Origin: Octopus sinensis | Lineage: Eukaryota | DNA: 64,000 bases | NCBI RefSeq assembly: GCF_006345805.1 | Contig: NC_043014.1 | Span: forward strand, 3,596,001-3,660,000 | Reading direction: 5' to 3' | Part shown: one piece after another, positions 49,014-63,719 of the stretch | Layout of the letters: each line of letters opens with the position of its first letter | Position numbering within the stretch: the first letter of the stretch is position 1 | Notes under the pieces: model-generated | Told to the model about the DNA's origin: nothing | Databases searched by the model: none | What the model saw: only the letters and a program-made list of their open reading frames with translations | Translations under genes and position numbers: made by a program

Positions 49014-49681
49014 ATTATATAATTAGGGCTTAGTAAAATAAATTACTTTGCCACATACTGAACTTAGTAGAAATAGCAGCCAAAAAAAAAAATTTTCTTA
49101 GCATTTCTACTACTTAAAGAAAGTTTCTCTCAGATAATGTTTACTCCAGACAGCTCACGAAGGTTTGGGGGTAAATACAGAAAAATATCACAAGTACATA
49201 GATCGTTTGAGTACGTCAACGTTTCAAGATTAGCCAAATAAAATCAGCATTTCTTTCGTCAGCTCAAAATTTCTTAATTTGGATTTGGAAACACTAAAAA
49301 GAAGGAACTTTACCTATCAGCGAACTTGTCGCTTCAGATGAACCACTCCAACTAAACAGTTGAAACTAATCTTGAAACGTTGACGTACTCAAACGATCTA
49401 TGTACTTGTGATATTTTTCTGTATTTACCCCCAAACCTTCGTGAGCTGTCTGGAGTAAACATTATCTGAGAGAAACTTTCTTTAAGTAGTAGAAATGCTA
49501 AGAAAATTTTTTTTTTTTTTTTTTTGGCTGCTATTTCTACTAAGTTCAGTATGTGGCAAAGTAATTTATTTTACTAAGCCCTAATTCTATAATGTAATAT
49601 TTTGAATTCGCCTTAAATGGTCCTTTTACATACTGAACACTTGATGAAATTGATTAATTAATTAATTTTACCCTCAATTGT

Positions 49682-49690
<9 letters not shown>
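49012..49690. repeat. Foldback element (~220-bp arms) plus tail
   Basis: 49012-49232 versus 49364-49595; absent from the paralogous position near 63600. Confidence 0.8.
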
Positions 49691-49749
<59 letters not shown>

Positions 49750-50029
49750 ATATATAGTTAAATATAATGCAAACAAGAAAGCACAAAAAACATAAACGCG
49801 AGGACGTGGAACAAATATAGTTATTGGACGCTCAGGAAAGAAGGAAAGAAGGAGGGTTTAACGTTTCGGGTGGAGCTCTTCGTCGGAAACATACGAGAAG
49901 GAAAGATCCAGAGGAGGGAAAACAGCGGAAAAAAATCGCCAACGGTACACACGCCGTCACATTTTGAATGGCGTGAAGGGAATGGGTGATGAAAAGTTCT
50001 TTCAAAGACAGGAGAGTGGTAGAGGAGGA

Positions 50030-51130
50030 GGAATGTGTGTGTAAGTGTGGATAAGAGTGTGCGCGTAGGTCTGCGTGTGTGTGTATGTGTGTATGAGTGC
50101 AATGATGACACGTGTGTGTGTGTGTGTGTGTGTATGTGTGTGTGGTTGTGGCTGTTAATCTTTGCGTGTTGTAGGGTTAGTAGTGTTAAGGCCAAGGAAG
50201 AAGGATTTAGGCGTGGATTCCTTTGTCTCTACCGAAGGTCAAGTTGTAGGTACTGCTAGTTTGAAGTATGTGCGTGTGTGCGTGTATGTATATGTTTCGT
50301 GTGTGTTTTGTTTGTATTGTGTGTGTGTGTATGAATGTGTGTGTTCGTGTGAGTAGGCGTAGAGTTAGGTTGTGTGGCGAATAACTGTGCTTTACTTAGT
50401 GTATGTGTACGTGTGTGTGTATGTGGGTATGTGGGTATGTGTGCAATGATGACACGTGTGTGTGTGTATGTGTGTGTTTTGTTTGTAGTGTGTTTGAGTG
50501 TGTATGCGTAGAGTTTGTGTGGTGAGTAACTGTGCGTTTGTGTGTATACATGTATGTATAATTGTGTGCCGTGTGTATGGGACGTATGTGTGGGTACATT
50601 TGTGTGTGTGTGTATGTAAGCGCGTGTGTCTTATATGTGCGTGTAGTTTTGTGTGCGTATATGTGTGTGTAAGCGTATATAATTGTGTATATACGTGTAT
50701 CCGTGGGGTTGTAAGTTTTCGGTGTGTGCATTCGTGTGCGTGTGTGCGAGCGTATGTGCGCGCATGTTTTTGCGTGTGTGTGTGTCTGTGTCTATATGTG
50801 TATACGTATGTGTATGTGTGTGTGCGCGTGTAGGCATATATTGCGTGTATGTATATGTATCGGTGTGTATGTGAATTTATGCATGCGTGTGTGTGTGGGG
50901 TGTTTTGGAGTTGTGTGGGAGTAATGTGCGTGCGTGTGCTTGTGTGCGTGTGTGCGTTTAAGTACGTGTATGTGCGTGTGTGTCTCTGCCCATGTGTGTA
51001 TAAGTGTGTGCGTATCTGTATGAATATAGTTCGTTAAAGGTATATGTGGACATCTGTGCTGGTGTGTGTGTATGTACGTGTGTATGTGGTGTGTGTGTGA
51101 ATTGTGTGCGTATGATAGATATATCTCCGT
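50030..51130. repeat. Degenerate (GT)n-rich tract
   Basis: Direct reading. Further low-complexity tracts at 54190-55200 and 55540-55745. Confidence 0.9.
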
Positions 51131-51709
51131 GATCACGGAGAATCGTTAGCGCGCCGGGCGAAATGCTTAGCGGTATTTCGTCTGCCGTTACGTTCTGAGT
51201 TCAAATTCCGCCGAGGTTGACTTTGCATTTCATCCTTTTAGGGTCGACTAAATAAGTACCAGTTACGCACTGGGGTCGATATAATCGACTTAATCTGTTT
51301 GTCTGTCCTTGTTTGTCCCCTCTGCGTTTAGCCCCTTGTGGGTAATAATGAAATAGGTGTATGTGGACATCTGTGCTGGTGTGTGTGTATGTACGTGTGT
51401 ATGTGTGTGTGTGTTGTGTGCGTATGATACATATTTCTCCGTGATCACCGTTACAGACCAGGCTATCAGTTTTTGCTACACATCGCTGGTCACAATGCGC
51501 ATCGCATTGTTTTAGCCTTTAAATGACGCCTCCCCGCAGGCCAACGAAAGAAAGGGAGAAAGTTGTAGCGAAAGAGTACAGCAGAGATCACAACAACCCA
51601 CTCCCTGAGCCTCGTGGAGCTTTAATCCCCAGCAATACAGAATCGAAACCGCGATCCTACAATCTTGAGTCCGCTGCCCAAACCACTGGGCCACTGCGTC
51701 TTCACACAG

Positions 51710-51798
<89 letters not shown>

Positions 51799-52470
51799 AA
51801 TACATATCAATATATACGTATACACGTACACTTAAGCATACACACCATAAATATCACAAATATACGTATCTACTTATACGCATACACACACACAAACGCC
51901 CACATATATGTGAGTGGACATACACTGTATAGTGTGATTGTTCGTGTACAATTGAGCACGTGTGTCTGTGTGCGTGCGTATGTGTGTGTGTTTGTGTTTA
52001 TTTGTGCGTGTGTTTGTCCGTGTGTCTGTGTGTATGTATTTACATTCGTTCTTACATATTGTCATATATAAAAACCAATGTGAATTACAGTCAAACGTTA
52101 CGAAATTCACCGATCTACATTGGCACTCGCACGTTTTATTTTCAGTTGGAAAGAAAAGATTAAAAAAAACTCGCCTCACTTCCGTTCCTGATGGAGAGAA
52201 ATAGATAAATGTGTGTAAATATGTACGTATTCCTATGTGTGCGTGTGTGTGTGTTTGTATGTGTCTGTTTCTGTGCGTGTGCGCAAGTGTACGTCTAGAT
52301 ATAATACTTAACACTAATATTAATAGGGCTAAACGTTGCAGCGACAGGGCATGGCCATGCCAGAACCCCACCATTAGATTATATCTGGTGAAAGAGCGAT
52401 CGGACAGGAGTACAATTCCACTCTTCTTTGTGTTTCCTGGGATGTGTGTATATGTATATATACATATATA

Positions 52471-52545
<75 letters not shown>

Positions 52546-52600
52546 ATATACATATATTATATATATATATATTATATATATATATTTATTATATATATAT

Positions 52601-52643
<43 letters not shown>

Positions 52644-52675
52644 ATAAATAGATAGATAGATAGATAGATAGATAG

Positions 52676-52723
<48 letters not shown>

Positions 52724-52750
52724 AAATAGATAGATAGATAGATAGATATG

Positions 52751-52784
<34 letters not shown>

Positions 52785-53145
52785 TGTATGTACATACGTA
52801 CGAAACTATATATGTGTGTATGTATATATGATATGTATATATATATATATAGATGTATGTGTGTGTGTTGTGTGGTGTGTTTGTGTGTGTATAGCACACA
52901 TAGTGTGTATGTATCTATGTTTTATGTATGTGTCTGTTATTGTCGCACCACTATCGATTCTCAACTGATGTCGGTGTGTTTACGTCCCCGTTACATAGCG
53001 GTTCGGCTAGAGATAACGATAGAGTGAGTGATAGGCTTACAAAGAATAATTCCTGAAGTCGATTTGTCCTACAAAACGCAGTGCTCTAGCATGGCCGCAG
53101 TCAAATGACTGAAACGGTTATAAGAATATATTTATATACAAACAA

Positions 53146-53198
<53 letters not shown>

Positions 53199-53636
53199 TA
53201 TATATATATAGATAAATAGAGAGAGAGAGAGAGAGATAGGCAGATTGATACAGTGATAGATACACACGCATATATTTGTTTGTATATATCTATATATGTT
53301 CACGCACTGATATATTCATAATATGTATATTATATATACATATATATGTATATTATATATACAAATATATGTATATGTATATATATGTATGTTTAGGTGT
53401 GTGCGCCTGTGTGTTCGTGTGTGATTACGTGTGTGATCTTATGTGTGTGTGTGTGTGCTCCATAGGAACATATGTAAGTGATTCATGCATACATCCTTAC
53501 ATTCATCCATCCATCGGTACGTACATACATCCACATATTAATACATACATACGTAAATGCATACATACATACATACATACATGCATATATAAATACATAA
53601 AGACATAAATATATTAACACAAAATCCATGACTTAC

Positions 53637-53780
53637 CGTTTTCGATTTCTCTTCCATTTTTCCTATTCTTGAATCTTGATGAAGAATCATGATCGTCAGA
53701 ACGAGAAGAACCCCAAAAGCTATGAGAGAAGAAATGGAATAACGCTGCGAAATATTCCTGGACAGTTGTGCGAAATCCAT
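53637..53780 (-). CDS. First coding exon with N-terminal signal/anchor (MDFAQLSR..LIAFGVLLVLTIMIL..MEEKSKT); possibly of a tandem C4-like paralog
   Basis: True ATG, 48 codons, hydrophobic stretch, GTAAGT donor. Gene assignment is inference. Confidence 0.55.
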
Positions 53781-56700
53781 TCTGGTGACAGTTGTCGGTC
53801 GTACGTGATACTTCGTGTGGCTTCAACTAAAGATCGAGATGCGAGGTTGAAGCTGAAGACCTGTAACTGAATTCCACGTATTTATTGAGCGCACAACAAC
53901 CCAGCTCTGGCGTAGATCTTATCGTAAATTTATGAACCAATGCGATTGGTGGAACTGTAAAAGCGGGTGTGAACTTGTCTGACAGGTTTAATTATTGGAA
54001 AGAGATGGTTTGATATTGTCACACAATATTAGCAAAATATTTTGATGAATGAGAGTCACGTGTAAAGTGAAATGATTCCTGTTTCTGGATATATTATGAT
54101 ATATTTATTTACTAATGTTGTTATTTAATTTTATTTGTTATTATTGGGAAACTGTTTTAATATTCAGTGTGGGAAGTATTTCGTTCAACCAACAAATACA
54201 CAGACACAAAGACACACACACATTGACACACACACACACACACACACATCCACACACACTGATACCCACACACGCACACACTTACAAGCACACACACACA
54301 CACATATACTGACACACACCACACGCACACACATACACACACATTGACACACACACTCACACACACACACACAGACTGACACACACATGCACACACTGAC
54401 AAACACACACACACACACATATACTGACACACACACACACACACACTTACACACACACACTCACACACACTCTGACACACACACACACACGCACACACTG
54501 ACAAACACACACACACTCACACACATATATACACACACACTCACACACTGTTTTAATATTCAGTGTGGGAAGTATTTCGTTCAACCCACACAGTAATCGC
54601 AAGACTTAATCTAATGAAGTCCGCTCTTCGGATTGGATTTTTCACAACAAGCGTTAATCTGATTAGAAAAGATTTATGTGAATATCAAAATCAAAACCTA
54701 CCAATTCCCACCCACCCATACATACATACATACATACATACATACATACATACATACAAACATACATACATACACACACATAGATACATACATACATAAA
54801 TACTTTCATACATACATACATGCATGCATATATTTATACATACATTTATGTATGTATACACGTATGCATGCATGTTTGTATGAATGTAATCATGTAAATA
54901 TCGATAGACACATATACACACACATACATACATACATACATACATACATACATGCATGCATACATACATACAACATACATACATACATACATACATGCAT
55001 ACATACATACATACATACATACATGCATGCATACATACATACATACATGCATGCATACATACATACATACATACTTACATACATACATGCATACATACAT
55101 ACATACATACATACACACATACTTACATACATAAATACATATATACACACATACATACATACATACATACATACATGCATACATGCATACATGCATACAA
55201 AAATATCCTGTTCATGTTGTTGAAATTCCAATGAAAGATACTTGGAACTAAGTTAGAAGCCGTCTCTCTTTCTGTTGACCAGAAATATTCTATAAAAACC
55301 GAATAATGACATTCATAAATATTTTTAGCTAGTCATTATCACTAGCTTTGAATACTTTTCTTCTTGTTTTATAAATCATAGCAAAACATACAGGTACAGT
55401 GTCTCCCATTTTAAACTCAATTCGCAAGTGCACCTTCCGTATGGACAGCATTTGTACGACGGAATTCCATAGTTATGATTAAATTTTCTTAGATGAAGCA
55501 TGTTAGACCCCTCAGATATAAGTTGACTTAATTTAATATATATATGTGTGTGTGTTGTGTGTGTTGTGTGTGTTTGTGTGTAGGTGTGGTGTGTGTGTGT
55601 GTGCTCGCGTGTGTGTGTGTGTGTGTGTGTTTGTGTGTAGGTGTGTGTGTGTGTGTGCTCGCGTGTGTGTGTGTGTGTGTTTGTGTGGGGGTGTGTATGT
55701 GTGTGTGTGTGTGTGTGTGTGTATTTGTGTGTGTGTGTGTATGTGTGTAACACTCTCGGTTTGGCCCTCGAAATAAGGTGAATTTGAAATAAGCTACAAA
55801 ATAAATCTTACAGCCATGTCAGATTTCATCAAAGTCCCATAATTCTTCCTATTGTAATGGCGGGTTGCATATGCAGCTGCGCATGCTCTGTACAGCTTAA
55901 ACACATGGCGGTCGTTTTAACTGTCTAATTATTCCGCTGAATCAAAAGATGAATTTGAAGACCTACCAGCGTCCGGATTCTCTGCAATTGTTTACGATTT
56001 ACAACCAGGAAAATATTTGTAATCTAGAGAAGCGAATGCAGATTTACCCATCAGACTCATAATAGTGGGATAGTAAACATTAAGAATCTTTAATCTTTAT
56101 TGCAGCTTGATGCTGTCAACCGAAACCTTCGTTTATCTAACAAATATTCGACACACTCCAACATACTGTCATGAATCCTATTGGATATAACGTGACGGTC
56201 ACAACATCTCAGCCTTTTACACACAGCATCCGTGCTTGCCCTGACTATATTTGCTCTCTTACTCTCACTTTTATGGGTGTTGTATTCGTTTCGCATGAAA
56301 TGTATTCAGCTTCTAGGATCCATCCTTTCTTCGGTCTGGTATGTTTACGTAGATGAGTGAAAGAAATCGTCGTATTTGTTGAGCTCTACTGCTGAAATGG
56401 GCACATTTTTCCGGTGATTTCCTTCTCATTCTTGTATATCAGCGTTTAGCGTATATGTGTATGTTGTGGGCATCGAGTTTCATTTTGTATCTTATCTTGA
56501 AGAGAGGTGGGAATTTTGTGATATAGATTTAGCTGGCAGGACCAACTCATTTATACTGTCTTTTGAAGGATTGATCGTGTAAATTCCATCTCTCACAAAG
56601 CTTAACTTGAACATTTTGTGATATTTCTAAAGTAGACGATAAATAGGTTTTATAAGATATGGCGTTGGAATGGAACGAAAGCTTTCCTGATTATACAGCA

Positions 56701-57232
56701 AATAGAATGGATTGTGTGAAAGTATCTGGTTGTTGTTGAAAGAATTAGTTAAGTTCTGTGCTAAGTAATGTAGCGGTTCATGGCTCCTTGTCAGAATCCG
56801 AGTTGTAATTTGAAACCAAGATGTCTGAGATAGTAGCGTCGAGTATTAGATTTTCTAAGGCTGTGCACGAAAGCTGATATAATTCTATGGTGGTACTTTA
56901 TTTGGGATTTGTTGAATCATGAAACAGAAGACAAAATACTGTTAAACAAAATAACATTTTATTTCAACATAAGTTTGATAAACTGAAATCTTACAAAATG
57001 TTTTTTCTAGAATCATTCCGACAGATTTAGATTTTTCTTGTTTTTGAGGATATTTCTGGCATTCTACGTCGCCTCTTTTGTATTGTTTGAATATCTTCTG
57101 TAAACTAGTACAACAGTTTATTGTAACGATAGACATACTTTGAAGAAAATATTAGGTAACACATTTAAAATTTTATGTTATTTGTTGTAATTCACAGACA
57201 TATTTTCATATGGAACCGAATTTAATTTCTGC

Positions 57233-57727
57233 TCAATATTTACTGCACACAACGCAGGTTAATTCTTGACCATTGACATACGGTGGACACGGCAATGAAC
57301 CACAAGCAGCCTGAACGAAATATAATAGAGCTCCATTTTCGTTTCGGTAACCGCTGGATCAGCTTCTGGTGCATAATCCCACACACATATTCATGTCTGC
57401 CTTTATGACTATGACGCTCCGTCATCAAATACCCTGAATACTCAGCTGTCCAACCATCGTAACACTGTGTCCTTGCTGGTAACATCATAACAACAGCAGG
57501 TTGTCGTGTCAAACAGACAGCGCACGGAACGTTGTGCTCATGAAGTGTTTTAGCGTTAGCAAAGAAAGAGTTTATTTGAGTAGTGGCCAATTTCATATTC
57601 ACTGCCATAAATGTAACCACCTTCTTCAACTTCAGTCGTATAATTGGCCCAAATGGATCGTTAGGTAAACACAAGAGATTACTACCGCCACCCCACTGTG
57701 TGGTCAAAGATTGTCCACCAACCACAC
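57233..57727 (-). pseudogene. Terminal exon of a short-chain collagen C4-like domain gene, frameshifted as assembled
   Basis: Joining frames gives GVVGG..GGGSNLLCLPNDP.WANY..IYGSEYE..HNVPCAVC..MLPARTQCYDGWTAEYSGYLM..EYVC.D..NGALLYFVQAACGSLPCPPYV..ELTCVVCSKY-stop. Needs about four small indel corrections. Confidence 0.8.
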
Positions 57728-57974
57728 CTAGAATTGGTAAGAATAAATCAAGTAAAAAAGAAGATATTAAGTAAAATTAAATATGAATTACGGAAAATTC
57801 ATTACAGTTTGACCCTTAAAAGGAGTCGTGTTTAGTCACGTGTGAACGAATTGTGTGGTGTATATATGTTAGCGTTTATGTGAGTGCAAGAAGTGTCGCT
57901 GTATGCATAAGATTATAACTGTGCAGTTGCATTCTCTTCATATAATATAATATATATATCGAAGTAAGCAACAA

Positions 57975-58875
57975 GGATATCCAGAGATAATGCTGTACGA
58001 TTGTTTCATGCAACTCCATTTAATTGAACAATACAATCATTACATCAATTTAAAATATAGAGCAATCTTCACCTGCATAAATACATAGGATTTAATTAAA
58101 TTAAACAGATTGACACATTAGTATAATTATACCTAAATTTCCAAGAAGTTAAGGAGATACTCAAAGAACATGTTGTCTCTACTTCAGCATAGAAGTTAAT
58201 AAAATTATCAAGAAATTTATGAATACTTATGAATACAATAATATTCAACAATTTCTATCCTATTGTTATAATATTCTTCTAAATAATTCTTTGGAAAACC
58301 CTAAACTTCAACTGTATTCATAGCAACATTGTTTAAAATATTTAACTATAATGTATGATAAGACCTTCCGTTTCATTGTCAATAGTCTGCCAGTGTGCGA
58401 CCACCTTAATTATCAGCTAACATCTTGTTTTAAGTTTTTCCCTTACTAAACCTCATGGTATTGCTTATAATAATTCTTGATTATTTTATAATTATACCAA
58501 CTAGAATGTCTATCTACTCCCTCAGCCCTCCCCCTAACAGATACTGCCCTATGTTCTCTCAGCCTTAGATATACAAAGGATTTGTAAATTAGTCTATAAA
58601 TTAAAACTGACCCATAAAGACAAAAAATCAGTGGTAAGCTGAGTCTTCTTGATAATTTTGTATCTGCTATGCTGAAGTAGAGACAACATGTTCTCTGTAA
58701 TATCTTGGAGATTTTAAGTATAATTATGCAAATGTGTCCATCTGTTGTAATTTAATAAAATCCTACGTATTTTGCAGCTGAAAATTGCTCTAAATTTTAA
58801 ACTGATGTAATGATTTGCATTGTTCAAATAAATGGAGTTGCATGAAACGATCGTACTGCATTATCTCTGGATATC
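57975..58875. repeat. Old foldback element (~190-bp diverged arms)
   Basis: 57975-58150 versus 58700-58875. Confidence 0.65.
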
Positions 58876-59022
58876 ATCGTTGTTATTTTAATTTTAATCC
58901 CTTACTTTGAATTGTATGGATAATGCCGTACTAAATTCTGGAGCCTCAACTTAAGTACCATATTCATCCGAATCTATATATATTATATATACATATACAT
59001 ACACACACACACACACCACACC

Positions 59023-59087
<65 letters not shown>

Positions 59088-60151
59088 AATTATATATATA
59101 TATATATATATGATATGGAATATGTATATATATGTTGAGTGTATACGGGTAAGTATTTGTGGTTACGACGTGGATTATTATGTATGTCATCATGGGGAAG
59201 TGTTAATAGAAGGAGAAAATGAAAGGAATTCGGTAACGCATGTACTCGTGTTACCCGAAATAGAAAAGGGTGTTCACGAGTGAACGGAGATATTTTTGGT
59301 GATGGAGTCGGCGACCGATAAATATACGTGTAGGGTTTATAAAGAGCAGATACAGAGAATTTTAAGGAACGTAAGGTTGATTGGGGACGCAGTTTGTAGC
59401 AGCAGTTTTGAATTGGAAGTTTCGGAATTACCTTACAAAGATATACTGGATAATTAATGAGGTGATGTGGTGCATGAAAAGAGCAGGTTTTAGCGATAGG
59501 ACGATTTCGGTGAGGGGGGGGGGAAGAATAGAAGTGAATTCTGTACTCTGTTGTGTGTTCTCTCACTAATATTTAGTCTCTCTATATTTTACTTAATGAA
59601 TAAAGTCCTTAGCTTTTTCCATCAGTTACAGTATGTGGCTTGTCAGTCCTCATTCTACATTGTGCGTTCACTCCATTAACCATTTACAGTCAGTCATCAA
59701 TTCTAATAGACTCTTTTCAATTTAGCCCACACCTACGATCATTGTGCACTCTAGTTCATGATTGTCAAGCGGCAACTTTTCAGCTCTGGTCACTCACGTA
59801 CAATACCACCATCGTAGCCTGTACAATTGATCACCAGTTAGCATCCTTATCAATTGGTCCGTATTAGACAACATATATATTCTGATTTGACCAATACCCA
59901 CAAAGGAGTAAGCAGTCTTATGTAGTGTCTGTATAGTCTACAGGTATATACGTTTGAAACGTGACATATCATAAGAGGATTTGAGAATGTTTATGTCATT
60001 CAACACGACAAAGGGTGAGTGTGTGTGCGTGTGCGTGAGAGAGAGGGTGATAGAGAAAGAGAGGTAACAAAAAGAAAAATGAGAGGTATAAAAAGAGAGC
60101 AAGAGAAAGACAAAAAGAGAATGAGAGGTCAGAAATATAAGTTATACTAAC

Positions 60152-60224
60152 CGTCATATACAAGATTTGAATAAGGAGGACAAGTTGTTCTGCCCCACCG
60201 GTATACAATGATCCGAGACGGGTT
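60152..60224 (-). pseudogene. Penultimate exon of the C4-like gene (RWGRTTCPPYSNLVYDG)
   Basis: cacag acceptor and GTTAGT phase-1 donor matching the next exon; probably two 1-nt deletions. Confidence 0.7.
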
Positions 60225-60831
60225 CTGTGATATTAAAATGAAATAATGTAGTTTAAAAGAAAGAATTGGGGGACCATTTATAAAGTAGGATGTTGGATGG
60301 GAAGGAATTGATGGAGAAGAGAGAAATATAGAATTTAAGAAAGAATGAGTGAATGAATGATTCAGAACGAAAGATGTAATAATAATAAATTGTAAAGAAA
60401 GAAAAAAAAAACATTTGTCTGTTGAGCCTGTTGGTGACGTTGATGTCAAAGATTTGAGAGATTAATCTCAGAATATCAGAATGTGTATCGGTCTCCGCTA
60501 TGAACGGATGTATGTATGATACGTAAACTTGGGTATGAGTATATATACTTCCCAATAGAATAATGATAAAACTCAATAGAATAATGATAAAATATTCGCC
60601 AGGTGCGAATATTCATCGGTCAATTACAAATCAGTTTGGAGCTCGGCGCAAATAAGGCCATCATAACTACAATATGAAAATAACAACCATACCGCATCAT
60701 TTGTCGATTTAGTTAAAAGACATCGCAACCGGATCTCGAGTAGAGGAGTCCGTTTGATAAATATATAGCACACCCACACAATACCGGTGCAACCAGCAAG
60801 AAGCCTGGACTAAATAATGGTACGTAGGCTA

Positions 60832-63590
60832 GGAGCACAAAATTGACGGTCTCGGGAAACCAAAGCAGATCAAGAAGGGAACCTTTAATAATTGAGAATT
60901 AAACGTCAAAATTGTTAGATACAATCTGCCTGTAAGATATAATCGGTGTCTCCTCTACAAAATTTCGTTTCTTCGATAACGTACACCTTGATATAGGCTT
61001 GAAATTCCAACTACGCAACTGTGGTGCCAAAATGTCTGCACAGGTGGGATTAGGATACTCTCAATCCCAGCTTTCGGATTGTATTATGGAGTGAAACCTA
61101 CTAGGTGTGAGGGTTCACCTCTTGAAGCTACGGCTGAATATGAAGGGCCACTGTGGCTGCTGTAAGTATATGCAGCAAACAGCGGGGTCTAATACAAATC
61201 CTTCCTAAGCAAATTCACCTCAGCTTTAGATATATTTGGGGCAAAGTCATTTGTCCTGCAAGGAGACTTCAGTGTACACCTTGGCACTGATAACCGTGAG
61301 AAGGGTTGATTGGAAGGAACGTCGTCAGTGAACTTAATGGACAGGTCGTAGCAGCTTCTGTGCAGGATACACACTCTCCTCTCTATGGTATAGATATTAT
61401 TTTAAGACAGGGATATTTATAAGGGTGCCTGGTATAGAAATACTTGGTAACGGAGGTTTTTGATAGACTTCGGTCATCTTCCACTCTTTGCTGAACGTTT
61501 GTGTCTGAAAACCTGAACATTCCTACAGTCTGCCGAACACTGGAAATTGGTAGCCGTGATGCTGGGATCAGAAACAAAAATGTGGAGACTTTTGCATCCA
61601 ATTGAGAGTGACACTCCTAAATTAAGTTGGAAATCGAAATGGATTTGTGATTGTATTATTTTTTTCGGTAGGGTAGGTTCTTCTTCGTTTGAACGCTTAT
61701 TTGAGCTAAACTCACTTAAATGTGATAAAACTGCTTGTGAAAAGCACGTTCGGTTTGATATTTTAGAAGCCATAAATACAGATGGTATTCTCTGAGTGAC
61801 CCATGTACGCTAGGTCGATGAGACCTCTGGAAAAACACCAAGGCAATGGTAGTATGGGTGACAATCACAATTTTTTCAAACAAAGACCAAAGAGTGTGTT
61901 CTAATTATAGAAAAGTCTAAACTAGATTTCAGGAAACGATATGTAGGGAAGTTATCGCGCCAAAGTTTCCTGTCCGAGACACAGTACACCCGACCAGGGA
62001 GTCATTCAAAGACAGATCTTCCAGCAAACGTTGAAGCATTTCCAAGAGGAATACGCTGTAAACCACGAAAAGGCACATGATCACGTGCCCTGAGGCTGTT
62101 GTGGATGGTTTACCAGGAAGGTGAGTTTTACTGGGCAAATACTGGTGCCATAAAATACTTATATGGATGTTCAAATGATTGTATTTATGTAAAAGTCGAA
62201 AGTTTTCAACGAGAAGTTTTCACTTAGTTGAAGTGTGCATTGTTAGTGCCCTTCTCACGTTCTTTTTTTGTGATCAGGTTGAACATGCGCCGCCATTGTG
62301 GTAGAGGTATCCCAATTCATCTCTACGTGATCGTGGCGTGTGATTTGTAGACGACATGCTGCTACCTGATTCGTCTGATGGTCACGAACAACGTGCACTG
62401 AATGGGTTTGCTGCCGAGTACACCAAGGCAGGACTGACAAATACGCACTGTGTAGGAAAGTGGAACATCAATATTTCGGGTCTCTATTCACGAACGATTG
62501 AAGCACAAGAGTGGACAGACTGCTGAATTGTAGATATAAACGCAGTGAAGCGCCAGCTCGGACATTTGATTCTCAGATGAAGAGGGCTTAGTACAATTCT
62601 CGACGTAGCGCTTCGTATATACTCATATACACACAATACACGGCATAGTATATTAGAGTAACATTTTAGTTAGGAAGTTATTGTAAGTAGAATATATTTT
62701 GAAATAAATTCAGGCAAGTGTCTTAGTATATAGTATTATGGACATATGGATAATAATGTGGAAATAATTCAAGTTGGTGAAATTATAATTCATTAGTTAA
62801 TGAGTCACGGGTAAAAGACTTTAGCAATAAAATTAGTTCTTACTTGGTGTGTCATCAGGTTTATCGTCGAGAGATTTCTTGGAGATGAAACGGGTTCTGT
62901 GAAAAAATAGAAATAGCATCATATAAATAGAACTTCAGAGTATTTATAATCGTTTAGAACTTAAAACAATGCATAGATGACAACATATTCGGACAGGTAT
63001 CATTGCCAACACTACCATCTCACCCCTTAGAAATCTTGTAGAAAGCGCTTAATCCAGTCAAGGATTTTCTGAACAATATCAGATAATACAAGTCTGCATT
63101 TCAAATGACGTAGTTTTGGTGAATCTAAGAAGATAGATAACCATGAATTTACGCCGACGTCAAAGTTCAAGGCAAGTATATCCCCCCAATGGTTCTCTGG
63201 TACCCGCGAATGAACACCCACAGTTCCTCCAAATTTACTCTATGAGTGATGTAGGACAACAAACACGAAGTGAGGTGTCAAATTTCCGATGATGGGTCGT
63301 GTTAGACACAGCGCACACTGCTGCAAAGGAGAGTATATCACTGACAGCTTTTCGATGCGTTCAAAAATCACACAAACCCCACCTCCAATTTTGCATGACA
63401 GGTTAGGGCCTGAAACACTCCAACGGACACATAGCATGTTGCTTAGTCGAATTAGCCCAGCATTTACTCTACAAATGTTTTGTTGTCAATGTTGCACTTT
63501 CCCATATCACCTGTTTCAAAATGACTGCATATATTATATACCAACTTTGCCAATTTAATCCTCAGCAATGCCGGGTATGTCTGCTATTAC
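60832..63590 (+). mobile_element. Direct paralog of the 45960-48905 fossil block
   Basis: Colinear, clearly diverged direct repeat with the same RTE and Helitron remnants. Confidence 0.75.
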
Positions 63591-63645
63591 ACACCACTCA
63601 CACACACACACACATATATATATTTATACAAACAGATATTTCTAC

Positions 63646-63719
<74 letters not shown>

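Noticed and set aside
59200-59560. Possible very old LINE RT remnant on the minus strand
   Set aside because: Only faint motif resemblance with many stops; cannot be supported without a search.
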